A DNA stretch of 60,683 bases from an uncultured bacterium (GTDB lineage: Bacteria; CAYUVA01): assembly GCA_964448115.1 (NCBI GenBank), contig CAYUVA010000025.1, forward strand, positions 1-60,683, written 5' to 3'. How positions within the stretch are numbered: the stretch's first letter is position 1; every line of letters begins with the position of its first letter. Positions 29,210-39,057 of the stretch are shown here, in pieces. The notes beneath the pieces were generated by a model, which worked only from the letters and a program-made list of their open reading frames with translations, searched no databases and had not been told where the DNA came from. Made by a program: the position numbers and the translations under genes.

Positions 29210-30979
29210 ATGAGCTACCAGGTCATAGCCAGAAAGTATCGCCCCCAGACCTTTGAGGAGGTCATCGGGCAAGAGCATGTAACCCGAACCCTTCTGAACT
29301 CGATAAAGCATGACCGTATTGCTCACGCTTTCTTATTTTCTGGACCTCGTGGCTGCGGGAAGACGACCGTGGCTCGCATCTTGGCAAAATCCCTGACTTG
29401 CGAGACCGGCATAGTTCCAGTTCCATGCAACAAGTGCAAGGCTTGTCTGTCAATTATAAATTCCAGCTCATTGGATGTGCTTGAGATAGATGGTGCCTCG
29501 CATCGAGGGATAGATGAGATCCGCGACCTCCAGGAGAACGCTCGCTATGCACCGGCTGTGCTAAGGTTCAAGATCTTTATCATCGATGAGGTGCACATGT
29601 TAACCAGGGAGGCTTTCAATGCCCTATTGAAGCTGGTCGAGGAGCCGCCAAGATACCTCAAGTTCATGCTAGCCACCACCGAGCCGCACAAGGTGCCGGT
29701 AACTATACTATCCAGGTGCCAACGCTACGATTTTCACCTGGTTAGCATCAATGAAATACTGGGTCTGCTAAAAAAGATAGCGGCAGCCGAAAAAGTGCAC
29801 ATCTCTGAAAAGAGCTTGCGCTTGATCGCCAGACTCGCTGAGGGAAGCGTGCGGGATGCCGAATCACTGCTCGAACAAGTGATCTCCTTCTGCGGAGACC
29901 AGGTCAATGACCAGGATGTTAACCTGATCGCTAATCGTATCAGCTTCGAGGTGATCAAGAAGATCGCCCAGGAGATCATCAAAGGCGAGGTGCCGAACCT
30001 GCTTTTAGATTACAACCAACTCATGGACGCAGGCGCTGATCCCTATAATCTTGGCAAGGAGCTAAGTGAGCTTTTTAGAGATATTATGGTCTTGAAAGAG
30101 GTCGGCGAATCCGAGGAGATCTATACATACTCGGCATCGCAGTTAAAGGAACTGATGGAATTATCCAAAGGTGTTGATAAGCGAACAGCTTTGCAGCAGT
30201 TTCATATCATATCCGAGATAGCCGAGGAGCTGAAAAGGTCATCATTCCCCCGCATATTGCTTGAGGTAACCCTGGTCAAAGCTGCTGAGGTTGTAAGGTT
30301 GGTGCCTATAGAATCTTTAATAAAAACCGTTTCCAAAGGTGAACCTTTACATATAGGAAATCAAATAGAAATAACAAGAAGCAGCCAAAGTTCTGCAACT
30401 AGGAACAATCCGTCCCCCTTGGCAGCATCGGATCAAGCAAAGGAAAAACGACCGAAAAAACAGGTAGAGAAGCAAAGAACTAATGATACACTACAGGTCA
30501 GCGACCAAGAGAAGGAAGCCTTTGAGTCTGGGAGCCTGGAGGGGAAATGGATCATCTTGAATGATGTGTTAAAAAGGGTTGCACCAGACTTGAAGGCATC
30601 TTTAGCTTATGCCATACCAGTCAGGATGGAAGGCAATAGTCTAATCATGGGATTCAAGGAAAGCGATCAGGATAGGATCGCAGCGCGGCTTGTAAAGAAT
30701 GAGAAGAGCCAGGATATGATACTGAAGTCATTGCAAGCGATTACCGGCGATGATTGGAAACTAGAGTTTAAGACACTACCGAATGATTACACTGCCTTAT
30801 CAGCTCACGAGCGTAGCGATGCGCAGCTTGAAGCCAAGATTAAAAGCCTAATGAGAGTTGCAGAGGAAAATCCAGTAGTTATAGAGCTTAAAAGGCGATT
30901 TGATAGCAAGATCCTCAAGGTCAAGCCGCTGCTTGAAGCTGCTGAGCAAAGTTACGAACCTCCAGAAAATGGGGATTGA
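29210..30979 (+). CDS. dnaX: DNA polymerase III subunit gamma/tau
   Basis: ARKYRPQTF, GPRGCGKTT, zinc Cys cluster, IIDEVHML, TILSRCQ. Confidence 0.97.
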   Translation: MSYQVIARKYRPQTFEEVIGQEHVTRTLLNSIKHDRIAHAFLFSGPRGCGKTTVARILAKSLTCETGIVPVPCNKCKACLSIINSSSLDVLEIDGASHRGIDEIRDLQENARYAPAVLRFKIFIIDEVHMLTREAFNALLKLVEEPPRYLKFMLATTEPHKVPVTILSRCQRYDFHLVSINEILGLLKKIAAAEKVHISEKSLRLIARLAEGSVRDAESLLEQVISFCGDQVNDQDVNLIANRISFEVIKKIAQEIIKGEVPNLLLDYNQLMDAGADPYNLGKELSELFRDIMVLKEVGESEEIYTYSASQLKELMELSKGVDKRTALQQFHIISEIAEELKRSSFPRILLEVTLVKAAEVVRLVPIESLIKTVSKGEPLHIGNQIEITRSSQSSATRNNPSPLAASDQAKEKRPKKQVEKQRTNDTLQVSDQEKEAFESGSLEGKWIILNDVLKRVAPDLKASLAYAIPVRMEGNSLIMGFKESDQDRIAARLVKNEKSQDMILKSLQAITGDDWKLEFKTLPNDYTALSAHERSDAQLEAKIKSLMRVAEENPVVIELKRRFDSKILKVKPLLEAAEQSYEPPENGD

Positions 30980-31084
30980 TGGACTGACTAGCAGAGATTT
31001 GGATCTGCTTTCTGCCAATTAACTCCCAAGTAATTCGATGAATGAATCATTGCCTTTATATGTTGGTTTTAAATGGGTTGTTCC

Positions 31085-31112
31085 TTGAAAATCGTAATGC
31101 CTGGAATATAAT
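31085..31112 (+). promoter_or_regulatory. sigma70-type promoter
   Basis: TTGAAA-N16-TATAAT upstream of ATG 31170. Confidence 0.5.
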
Positions 31113-31169
31113 CTACTGCGATGTTGATGATTTTATATGAAAACTTAAGAAAAAAAATGGAGCTGATGG

Positions 31170-32618
31170 ATGATTAAGCTGCAAACTAGGATAACCAAAA
31201 CAGAACCTGGCGTACTAATTACCAGGGGCGTGAATCAAGCTGAGTTGATAAAATATGTGCCTTTTATCGATGCAGTCTATCTTTTGCTCAAGGGTGAATT
31301 CCCTGATGCCCCCACCTCCAGAGCGCTAAATGCCATTTCTTTTGCTATGGCATATACTAGTTTGACACCATCCTATGATGAAGAGGAGGAATATGAAGTC
31401 GAAGAAATGGAAGAAGATTTCGATGATATGGAAGAAGATGATACAGAATTTGAACTAAGCGGCGATTCTTTAATCAGCTTCTTAGAAGACTATCCACGCG
31501 ACACTTTCCTGCCGATGATAACAATGGCTGGAGTAGAGCAGTTAATTACAGAAAAGGCGAAATTAAAAAGAACAACAATACTAAAAAAGATACCTGATGC
31601 TGCCTTTGAATATATCCAAATTATGGATAAAATGCCAGAAATAAGGCAGTGCTTATTGGATGATAAGATAGTGATGGAAGATCCTAAAAAAATAAGTGAA
31701 ACACAAAAAAAATTACAAGGTATATTGAATAATTTACAAATATTCAGTGATTGTTTTTATGTTCTGGGCTTTGAACCATTAGAAGCTGCTTGCTTCGTAT
31801 CTATTGTAAATATGCCCGCTCAAATTAGTCGTTTTATTGATTCTTTACCTGTCGCAGATCCCAAAAAGGTCTATGAGCCAAACTCTTATAGCGAATTGCT
31901 ATGCCAATTCATAACCGGTGAGGAACCTTTCTCACCTGGAGATACAAGAATGCTCGAAGCGTTAGTGGTTGCTTGTTTAGACCATGGAAAGACCGCTCCC
32001 TCTGTTGTAGCAGCCATGAACGCAGCCAGCGTAAGAGCAAAGGAACCAGACTGCCTTAATCAAGGACTTCGATGTATTACCCAATTACATGGGGGAGCGG
32101 GTCAAAGCACAGCTATAATGCTGCAAGAGATCATGGAGCAAATTAAGGTTGAGGATGATGCAACCAAGATCACAGATGAACAACTATCAAAGGCTGCTAC
32201 TGAGTATATCAAATCAAGCAAGAAAAGGCTGCCCGGCTGGGGACATAGACTGCATAAAAAAGGCGATCCTCGAGCAAAGGCGCTCTTTGAGCTTGCGGAT
32301 AGCCTATCGATACCTGATAATAATAGGAGATTGGCAAAGATTATTACCCAAGTATTTAAACAAGAAAAGGGCAAAGAGCTTCCATTGAATGTCGATGGCG
32401 CAATAGGTGCAATCGTAAGTGACCTGGAGCTTGAACCTTATGTGGCTTTTGCTGTTTTTACAGTAGGCAGACTAGCGGGTATATCAGCACATATGCTCGA
32501 GGAGTTAACCTATCCCCCTATGCGAAGTATAATAGCTGAGTATGAGTATGTGGGAGCGGAACAAGTTGAGATTCCCAAGAGATACTTAAAAAATAAGGAG
32601 TTAAACAAGGATGGCTGA
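31170..32618 (+). CDS. Citryl-CoA lyase / citrate-synthase-fold enzyme with an internal degenerate duplication
   Basis: DHG..PS, LHGGAG, LPGWGHRLH, DPRA, NVDGAIGA catalytic motifs; N-terminus TRITKTEPG..ITRG typical of Ccl-like proteins. Confidence 0.82.
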   Translation: MIKLQTRITKTEPGVLITRGVNQAELIKYVPFIDAVYLLLKGEFPDAPTSRALNAISFAMAYTSLTPSYDEEEEYEVEEMEEDFDDMEEDDTEFELSGDSLISFLEDYPRDTFLPMITMAGVEQLITEKAKLKRTTILKKIPDAAFEYIQIMDKMPEIRQCLLDDKIVMEDPKKISETQKKLQGILNNLQIFSDCFYVLGFEPLEAACFVSIVNMPAQISRFIDSLPVADPKKVYEPNSYSELLCQFITGEEPFSPGDTRMLEALVVACLDHGKTAPSVVAAMNAASVRAKEPDCLNQGLRCITQLHGGAGQSTAIMLQEIMEQIKVEDDATKITDEQLSKAATEYIKSSKKRLPGWGHRLHKKGDPRAKALFELADSLSIPDNNRRLAKIITQVFKQEKGKELPLNVDGAIGAIVSDLELEPYVAFAVFTVGRLAGISAHMLEELTYPPMRSIIAEYEYVGAEQVEIPKRYLKNKELNKDG

Positions 32619-33996
32619 ACATAGGATACTCTGGCTTCCTGGAGATGGAGTTGGTCCAGAGATTAGCACCGCTGCTCGTTTGGTGCTCGAAGCAGTTGAA
32701 CTAGATGCAGAATACATTAACGGTGATATTGGATGGCACTTTTGGTGCACGGAGGGTGATGCACTCCCGGCTCGAACCATCGAGCAGTTTAGGGACATCG
32801 GCGTAGCCTTTTTCGGCGCTATTACCTCCAAGGGCAAGGCAGCCTACGATGAACTTGCACCAGAGTTAAAAGGCAAAGGACTAAAGTATGTAAGCCCTAT
32901 AGTCAGGATGCGACAGGTCTTCAATCTATATAAATGTATTCGCCCCTGCAGGTCATTTCCTGGCAATCCGCTGAACTACCTTGACAACATAGACCTGGTA
33001 GTCTTCAGGGAGAATACACAGGGCTTATATGCCGGTATTGAGTTTGATGGTGCTGCTCAAGACGAGCTAACCAAGGAGTTCATTCGCTTGATCAAGTCAC
33101 ATCCCAAGGGCGCTGCCTACAATAATGTTGATCCGGCTACTATAACCGCCTCGGTTCGCCTGTTCGACGCTGCCTCCTGTAATCGTATCATCAGGGCTGG
33201 CTTCGAGTGGGCAAAAAAGCATGGCAAATCGAAGGTAACAGTCGTGGAAAAGCCTAATGTAGTAAGAAAGACAAGCGGACAGATGGTCGCTGAAGCCGAG
33301 AAGGTTGCCGCTGATTTCCCTGATATCTACCTTGAGCACACAAATATAGATGCTCAGTGCATGTGGCTGATCAAGAATCCACTAGATTATGGTGTTTTAG
33401 TCTCCAGTAACATGTTCGGGGATATATTGAGCGATCTTTGCGCACAACTAGTCGGTGGATTGGGATTTGCCTATAGTGGAAATATAGGTGATGAATACGC
33501 TGTCTTCGAGCCTACCGCTGGCTCAGCACCCAAATATGAGGGTCAGTGGCGCATGAATCCGATCGCAGCAATACTGGCAGCAAAGTTCATGCTCGAACAT
33601 ATAGGAGAGATGGAGAAGGCGGATGCGATTGAAAAAGCGGTCGCTCGTGTAATAGCTCAACGACAGGTGATGACTTATGACATGCAACGCAGCATCAAGC
33701 CATCGCCGATACTTCAGAAACTTCGCTCCTTTGCTAGAAATGTCCCCGAGGGTGATATCGGCGCCTACCGCGAGGCGCTGGCAACCTTGGATAACATACT
33801 ATCCGAGGTAGAACAGGATTGGAATGAAGATCTCAAGAAACCGGCAAAGACGATTGACATGACAGTCGCAATCCTTCAGGCACTCGATGAACTCGGATAT
33901 GCAGACAAGGCAAAGATACGATCCCTAGATATCGAGAGCAGCTTCAAGGAGCAGATCGCTCTTAATTCTACGCTCAGATACCTGGAAAACCTATAA
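32611..33996 (+). CDS. Isocitrate/isopropylmalate dehydrogenase family protein
   Basis: LPGDGVGPE, FRENTQGLY, NMFGDILSDL, EPTAGSAPKY, NPIAAIL. Confidence 0.9.
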   Translation: MAEHRILWLPGDGVGPEISTAARLVLEAVELDAEYINGDIGWHFWCTEGDALPARTIEQFRDIGVAFFGAITSKGKAAYDELAPELKGKGLKYVSPIVRMRQVFNLYKCIRPCRSFPGNPLNYLDNIDLVVFRENTQGLYAGIEFDGAAQDELTKEFIRLIKSHPKGAAYNNVDPATITASVRLFDAASCNRIIRAGFEWAKKHGKSKVTVVEKPNVVRKTSGQMVAEAEKVAADFPDIYLEHTNIDAQCMWLIKNPLDYGVLVSSNMFGDILSDLCAQLVGGLGFAYSGNIGDEYAVFEPTAGSAPKYEGQWRMNPIAAILAAKFMLEHIGEMEKADAIEKAVARVIAQRQVMTYDMQRSIKPSPILQKLRSFARNVPEGDIGAYREALATLDNILSEVEQDWNEDLKKPAKTIDMTVAILQALDELGYADKAKIRSLDIESSFKEQIALNSTLRYLENL

Positions 33997-34152
33997 TGTC
34001 GTGTAGTCCAATGGTTTGTGGGCTTTTATCCCTATTCTTAGCATTTTTATGAGTTGTTCTCATATCCAAGGAGTTTCTAGTATTCATTAGATTTGATAAT
34101 TATGCACTCGTCTGTTATTAAGGCAATCGATTAGTAACAAGAAAGGAAAGTA

Positions 34153-37008
34153 GTGATGAGAAAATTCATTGTACTATCAGTCATTTGCGTGGTTCTTCTG
34201 ATGGTTGTATCGGTCGTAGCCTCTACTGAACAAATAAGATTGAGAAACAGAACCATATCCGAATTCTCATTTAAGCTCGATAAACTAGGCATTACACATT
34301 ACCCCTGTCATCTAATAATGAAGGTCAATCGACCTTTAGAGCTGCATGAGATTAAGCAACTGGAGGACTCGGGGATTAGATTTCACGATTACATTCCCAA
34401 AAACGGTTGGTATGTTACCGTATCTTCGGATGCTACGATAAAGCAGTTATCCAGTCATACTCTTATTGAAGGCTTTGCGGTCATATTACCTGGTGACAAA
34501 CTGAGTCCCTTTCTCCGCAATCAGGGTGTGCCCTTTTGGGCTAGAACCGGTGATGATACCTTTATCTTCAGCCTGACTTTTTATAGTGATGTATCCCTTG
34601 AAAATGCAACTTCAATAGTCGAGGACCATGGTGGTGAATTGACCCTCTGGGAGACTTATGACATCGCACAGCGCCTTGAGGCATCGTTATCCTTGGATTC
34701 TATATCAGCCCTCGCTCAGGTCGATGATGTTTACTATATCGAGGAAGCACCTCGTCCAATCGAGTTACACAATCGTCGGGCAGCTTTAATTGCCGGTGTA
34801 ACCGCGGTACAAAGTCCCCCCTATAATCTGACAGGCGAGGGAGTAACCGTAGGTGTTCTCGATGGCGGAACAGCTTGTGCACATACAGATTTTGCGGATC
34901 GACTTATCATTGGGGATGATATAGGGTACTCAGATCACCCGACCCATATTTGCGGCACCATTGGCGGAGATGGCTCGGGTAATAATTCAGCCAAGGGTAT
35001 GGCTACGGAGTGTCAACTGGTCTCCTTTGGCACCAGCCCTTTTGCAGGTAAGCTAAGAAGGGCGTCCAGGGATTACAATGTTACCATTGCGAATAACTCC
35101 TGGGGATTGTCCGATGGATGGAGCGGCTACTACGGCAGTTGGACTTGGATGGGTACTTCCGGGTTTGGCTGGTATTCATCCTTGAGTCGCGAGGCTGACA
35201 AGGCAATAATCGATTATAATATGTTTGTGGTCTTCTCAGCGGGGAATGATGGCGGGGAATGGACCTCAGGCGAATATTACATACCCGGTCAACCGGGCAC
35301 CTATTCAACACCGCATCCCCCGGATGGTCCCTATCATTCGATAGGCTCCTATGCCTGTGCAAAAAATGTCATCTCCGTCGGGGCGGTTGATGATAACTCA
35401 TATATGACTACTTTTTCCTCCAGCGGTCCTTGCGATGACGGGAGAGTCAAGCCGGATGTTGTAGAGAATGGAACCGATCTATTCTCCACTATTTGCCCCA
35501 ACAACTACGGGAGGGCGACAGGAACCTCGATGTCCGGACCTGTTGTCTGTGGCATAGCAGCATTATATACGCAAGCATATATGCTGAAGAACAATGGTGA
35601 TATGCCTAGTTCATCATTACTAAAGGCACTGACTATCTGGTCAGCTGCCCAGCAGCCACCGACAGTGAATCACCTAGGTCCCAACTATCGATCAGGATTT
35701 GGAGTACCCAAGGCTATTAAGGGAGTTGACCTTATATTTAATGACTATAACGAGAGCTTCAATAACCGACATTACTTCTACGAGGACTGGATAAACCAGG
35801 CTAGCGGCGAGGTTCATGAGTATTACATGTACCAGCCTAACGATGACTACAGGATCAATGTAGTATTGTATTGGCATGATGCGCCAGGAGCGATGACATC
35901 TACCCAGGCGCTTCGCAATGACCTGGACCTGGAATTGATAAGCCCCAAAGGGTATCCATACTACCCCTTTATCAATGATAAGTACTTTGTCGATGCGCCT
36001 CCGAGATATGGTGTAAACAATACAGATAACATCGAACAATGTGTTATCGGAGCTCCGGATGTCGGCGTCTGGACTATAAAGGTAAAGGGAACGAGTCTGA
36101 ATGCACCGCCTCAGAAATATTCGCTAGTCTGCATAAATCCCATGGCTCGCACCCCAACGCCCACCGAACCGCCCATAACGCCCTACCCGACCATCACACC
36201 TACTTACACCCCAACTGCGACTCCAACGCAGTATTTCGGTGATACCTATCTGTCATGGGCTGGCGATCCTGAACTGAATGTTACCTATACAGTATTTTTA
36301 GGCACCGATTATATGTGTCCAGTAAACCCAATCGCAATAAATATAAAAGAAACCTATGTCCACGCTGGCAGGCTGGCAGAAAATACTACCTACTACTGGC
36401 GGGTTATGGTTAGAAGCGATGAAGACAAGTGGTCTGACAGTCAAGTTCCCTGGCATTTTACTACCGGTGATCGACCTTATAGAACTGACACTCCTACGCC
36501 GACAGCTACTATAACTCCCATACCACCGGATATAGCCATAGCGGGCTATATGGACACCTACTTGGACAGCAGTGGTGGTAATCTTAGTGTATTGGCACTG
36601 GTGCAAAACGAGGAGGGGATTCCAGTTGATAAAGTCGAGATACTTTATCAGGGAGTGCCGACTGGATTGGAGCTTTTCCCGCAGTCGCAGCATGCAACCC
36701 AAAAGCAGGATAAGGGTATTCAAAGCACTGTTTTTACATTATACACCTACATTCCACCTGGTGCCGCGCCTATCTCTATACCTTTGGAGTTACTGGCAAC
36801 TGATGAGCTGGGGGGGAATGGAGACCTCTGGCCGTACCTAGTTGTTGATGATGGAGGATCTTCTACCAGCTCGGAAAAGAAAGAGCTACCGAATTATATC
36901 CATAGGGAAAGGGAAAAAGATTCAACCGAACGCCCCAAGGATAGGTGGCCCCTGCCTCCCTCGAATCCATGGCCAGCCAGGGGAGCAGTAAATGTCAATC
37001 CAAACTAA
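34153..37008 (+). CDS. Secreted S8 subtilase with P/T linkers, FN3-like domain and conserved near-C-terminal domain
   Basis: VLDGG, DHPTHICGTIGG, GTSMSGP, SSSGPCDDGRVKPD; signal peptide. Confidence 0.9.
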   Translation: MMRKFIVLSVICVVLLMVVSVVASTEQIRLRNRTISEFSFKLDKLGITHYPCHLIMKVNRPLELHEIKQLEDSGIRFHDYIPKNGWYVTVSSDATIKQLSSHTLIEGFAVILPGDKLSPFLRNQGVPFWARTGDDTFIFSLTFYSDVSLENATSIVEDHGGELTLWETYDIAQRLEASLSLDSISALAQVDDVYYIEEAPRPIELHNRRAALIAGVTAVQSPPYNLTGEGVTVGVLDGGTACAHTDFADRLIIGDDIGYSDHPTHICGTIGGDGSGNNSAKGMATECQLVSFGTSPFAGKLRRASRDYNVTIANNSWGLSDGWSGYYGSWTWMGTSGFGWYSSLSREADKAIIDYNMFVVFSAGNDGGEWTSGEYYIPGQPGTYSTPHPPDGPYHSIGSYACAKNVISVGAVDDNSYMTTFSSSGPCDDGRVKPDVVENGTDLFSTICPNNYGRATGTSMSGPVVCGIAALYTQAYMLKNNGDMPSSSLLKALTIWSAAQQPPTVNHLGPNYRSGFGVPKAIKGVDLIFNDYNESFNNRHYFYEDWINQASGEVHEYYMYQPNDDYRINVVLYWHDAPGAMTSTQALRNDLDLELISPKGYPYYPFINDKYFVDAPPRYGVNNTDNIEQCVIGAPDVGVWTIKVKGTSLNAPPQKYSLVCINPMARTPTPTEPPITPYPTITPTYTPTATPTQYFGDTYLSWAGDPELNVTYTVFLGTDYMCPVNPIAINIKETYVHAGRLAENTTYYWRVMVRSDEDKWSDSQVPWHFTTGDRPYRTDTPTPTATITPIPPDIAIAGYMDTYLDSSGGNLSVLALVQNEEGIPVDKVEILYQGVPTGLELFPQSQHATQKQDKGIQSTVFTLYTYIPPGAAPISIPLELLATDELGGNGDLWPYLVVDDGGSSTSSEKKELPNYIHREREKDSTERPKDRWPLPPSNPWPARGAVNVNPN

Positions 37009-37023
37009 TCGAAGGCTTTTTGT

Positions 37024-37650
37024 TCATCGATTTTCCTTCAGGGTTTGATCTATCTCCTCTAGCAGCTTATCTGTAGCCATCCTAAACGACTCATTGTCTT
37101 GCGGCGCCATTTCCTTTGCCTTAAGGAGCATCTGGCGAGCGGTGTTTAGCCAACCAAGCGAATAATATGCTCTTGCAAGGGTGTCTAGATATAGATGAAT
37201 ATCATCAGGCTTTTGGTCAACCGCTCTTTGCGCCATATCGAGCGCTTCTTGGAGGTTATGGGATCTTTCTATGTATATCATAGCTAGATTGTTTAAGGCT
37301 GGGGCATAGGAATCGTTGATCTGTAGCGCTCGCTGGTAGAACTTTGCAGCATCCTTTAATTTACGCTGCCTATAGTAGATATTTCCTAGATTAGCATAAG
37401 CCTCGAAGAAATCAGGTTTAAGTTCCACGGCAATTCGATAATGCTTAGCTGCTTCATCAAGCCTCCCCTGGTGCTCGAGTGCAATACCGATCCGATTATG
37501 CTCCTGGGGAGTATTCGCAATCCCCTCGAGGGGATCATCCTTGTTTCTAATCATATCCTGTATCAGCAATGACAGGCAACCAGTGCAGTGGAAAATGATT
37601 ATTACACACAAAAGAAGGATCAACCTATTGCTTTTCATGGCTCGTCTCAT
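37024..37650 (-). CDS. TPR-repeat putative lipoprotein
   Basis: AYANLGNIY, ALNNLAMIY and YLDTLARAY TPR motifs; leader ending CTGC. Confidence 0.85.
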   Translation of the reverse strand: MRRAMKSNRLILLLCVIIIFHCTGCLSLLIQDMIRNKDDPLEGIANTPQEHNRIGIALEHQGRLDEAAKHYRIAVELKPDFFEAYANLGNIYYRQRKLKDAAKFYQRALQINDSYAPALNNLAMIYIERSHNLQEALDMAQRAVDQKPDDIHLYLDTLARAYYSLGWLNTARQMLLKAKEMAPQDNESFRMATDKLLEEIDQTLKENR

Positions 37651-39010
37651 CCCCCATCATTACCCATCCCTGCACGGTAAGCGCGAGTACTACACCGATC
37701 ATATTATTGCTTAAAAAGCGGCTGAAGAATCCAAATGTCAAGATAAATAACCCGCAATAAAATAACATATTTGAGATGCGATTGTCCTTCAACTGCCTTG
37801 AGATCAATAATATAAGCAAAGGAACGCAAAATATTATCTGAAGGATCTTCAGGATGGTTGCGGAGTCTTTTGGGGAAAGCAATCCCCAGTTGACCAGCAA
37901 GCTACCCAAGTTATAAGCTCTATCTGGCTTTATCGGATAACTATCAGCTCCTCCGCTGGCGTTGAAGCTATAGATATCGTCCCAAAGCGCACCTGGGTCC
38001 CAGACCACAAACGGCAAGTAGATGATAACCAAGATGAATAAGCCTATTATTATTGGAACAATTCGAGCTTGCAGCCTGGAGAGTATCTTGGCAATACTCA
38101 AGGAAGGAAAGAGCTGTAGAGAAAAAATCGCATAAAATGGAAGCATTAGCCAGCAATACTGTTTTATGCCCAAAGCTATGGCAAATAAACACACCGAAGG
38201 TAGCCATTTATTTATTGAGGCAAAATAGAAAGCGATAAACAGAATGCTCACTGCAAGGATATCATTTCTCCCCTCTGTGATGAAACCAGCAAGCCAGGGA
38301 TTCAATGCAAATAACATGACTCCGAGTCTGCGCTTTAGATCCGATCTTGCTGATCTATAAACGAAAAGGCAACCGAGTCCGAGAAAGAATAAATAAACAA
38401 ATCTTTGATCATAAAATCCCAACAGAGCCTGAAATGAAAAATAAAATGGGATACTAATATAGATGGTTGCCGGCAGATAAGGGAAATGCAACAAGGCTGG
38501 GTTTGAATAGTAACCATAGTTCCTCCATATATCCGGGTTGCTATCCAAGGACATTGCCATTGGAGTTTTCGTGTAATCTTCACTATAGGGATTCTTTCCA
38601 TCAAGCAGATAGTAAATGGCTAACTCGGTCTGTATAACGCCTCCATCGTGTGCCAGCATGAAGCTGAAAAGGCGCGAGCGCATGATACAGGAGCCCAAGG
38701 TCGGAATAACGATGACCAATGTGATGATCGAGATCAGGCTAATCCAAAACAGCCTTGAAAAATCCGTGTCTTTCTTGATGATTAAAGTAGCACCTAAAAA
38801 GACTAAAAAGAAAAGGATGCTTAGAACAACAATAGACCACTTTATCGGTTCCGGGGCGAAGCGTTCCTTGAACTTGTCCCAGAAATCGCTTTGATATGAA
38901 GAGCCTTGATGCTTGGCATATAGATAATGCTGAAATAAAGGTGCAGTATTGTGAATATTCTCTAGCAACAGGATGAATAGGAAAATAGCTATAAGTAATC
39001 TTTTATTCAC
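37625..39010 (-). CDS. Membrane GT-C glycosyltransferase (GT87/DUF2029-like)
   Basis: GKNPY, FPYLP, GRND and IKQY motifs; many TM helices. Confidence 0.65.
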   Translation of the reverse strand: MNKRLLIAIFLFILLLENIHNTAPLFQHYLYAKHQGSSYQSDFWDKFKERFAPEPIKWSIVVLSILFFLVFLGATLIIKKDTDFSRLFWISLISIITLVIVIPTLGSCIMRSRLFSFMLAHDGGVIQTELAIYYLLDGKNPYSEDYTKTPMAMSLDSNPDIWRNYGYYSNPALLHFPYLPATIYISIPFYFSFQALLGFYDQRFVYLFFLGLGCLFVYRSARSDLKRRLGVMLFALNPWLAGFITEGRNDILAVSILFIAFYFASINKWLPSVCLFAIALGIKQYCWLMLPFYAIFSLQLFPSLSIAKILSRLQARIVPIIIGLFILVIIYLPFVVWDPGALWDDIYSFNASGGADSYPIKPDRAYNLGSLLVNWGLLSPKDSATILKILQIIFCVPLLILLISRQLKDNRISNMLFYCGLFILTFGFFSRFLSNNMIGVVLALTVQGWVMMGDETSHEKQ

Positions 39011-39057
39011 CGGGTAACCATCCAGTGCGTAACGATCATCCTATAATATTATCGTTA

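Noticed and set aside
29769-29776. A-AAA-AAG slippery site in dnaX
   Set aside because: It is near codon 187, inside the clamp-loader core, too early to yield a gamma subunit; no evident stimulatory hairpin
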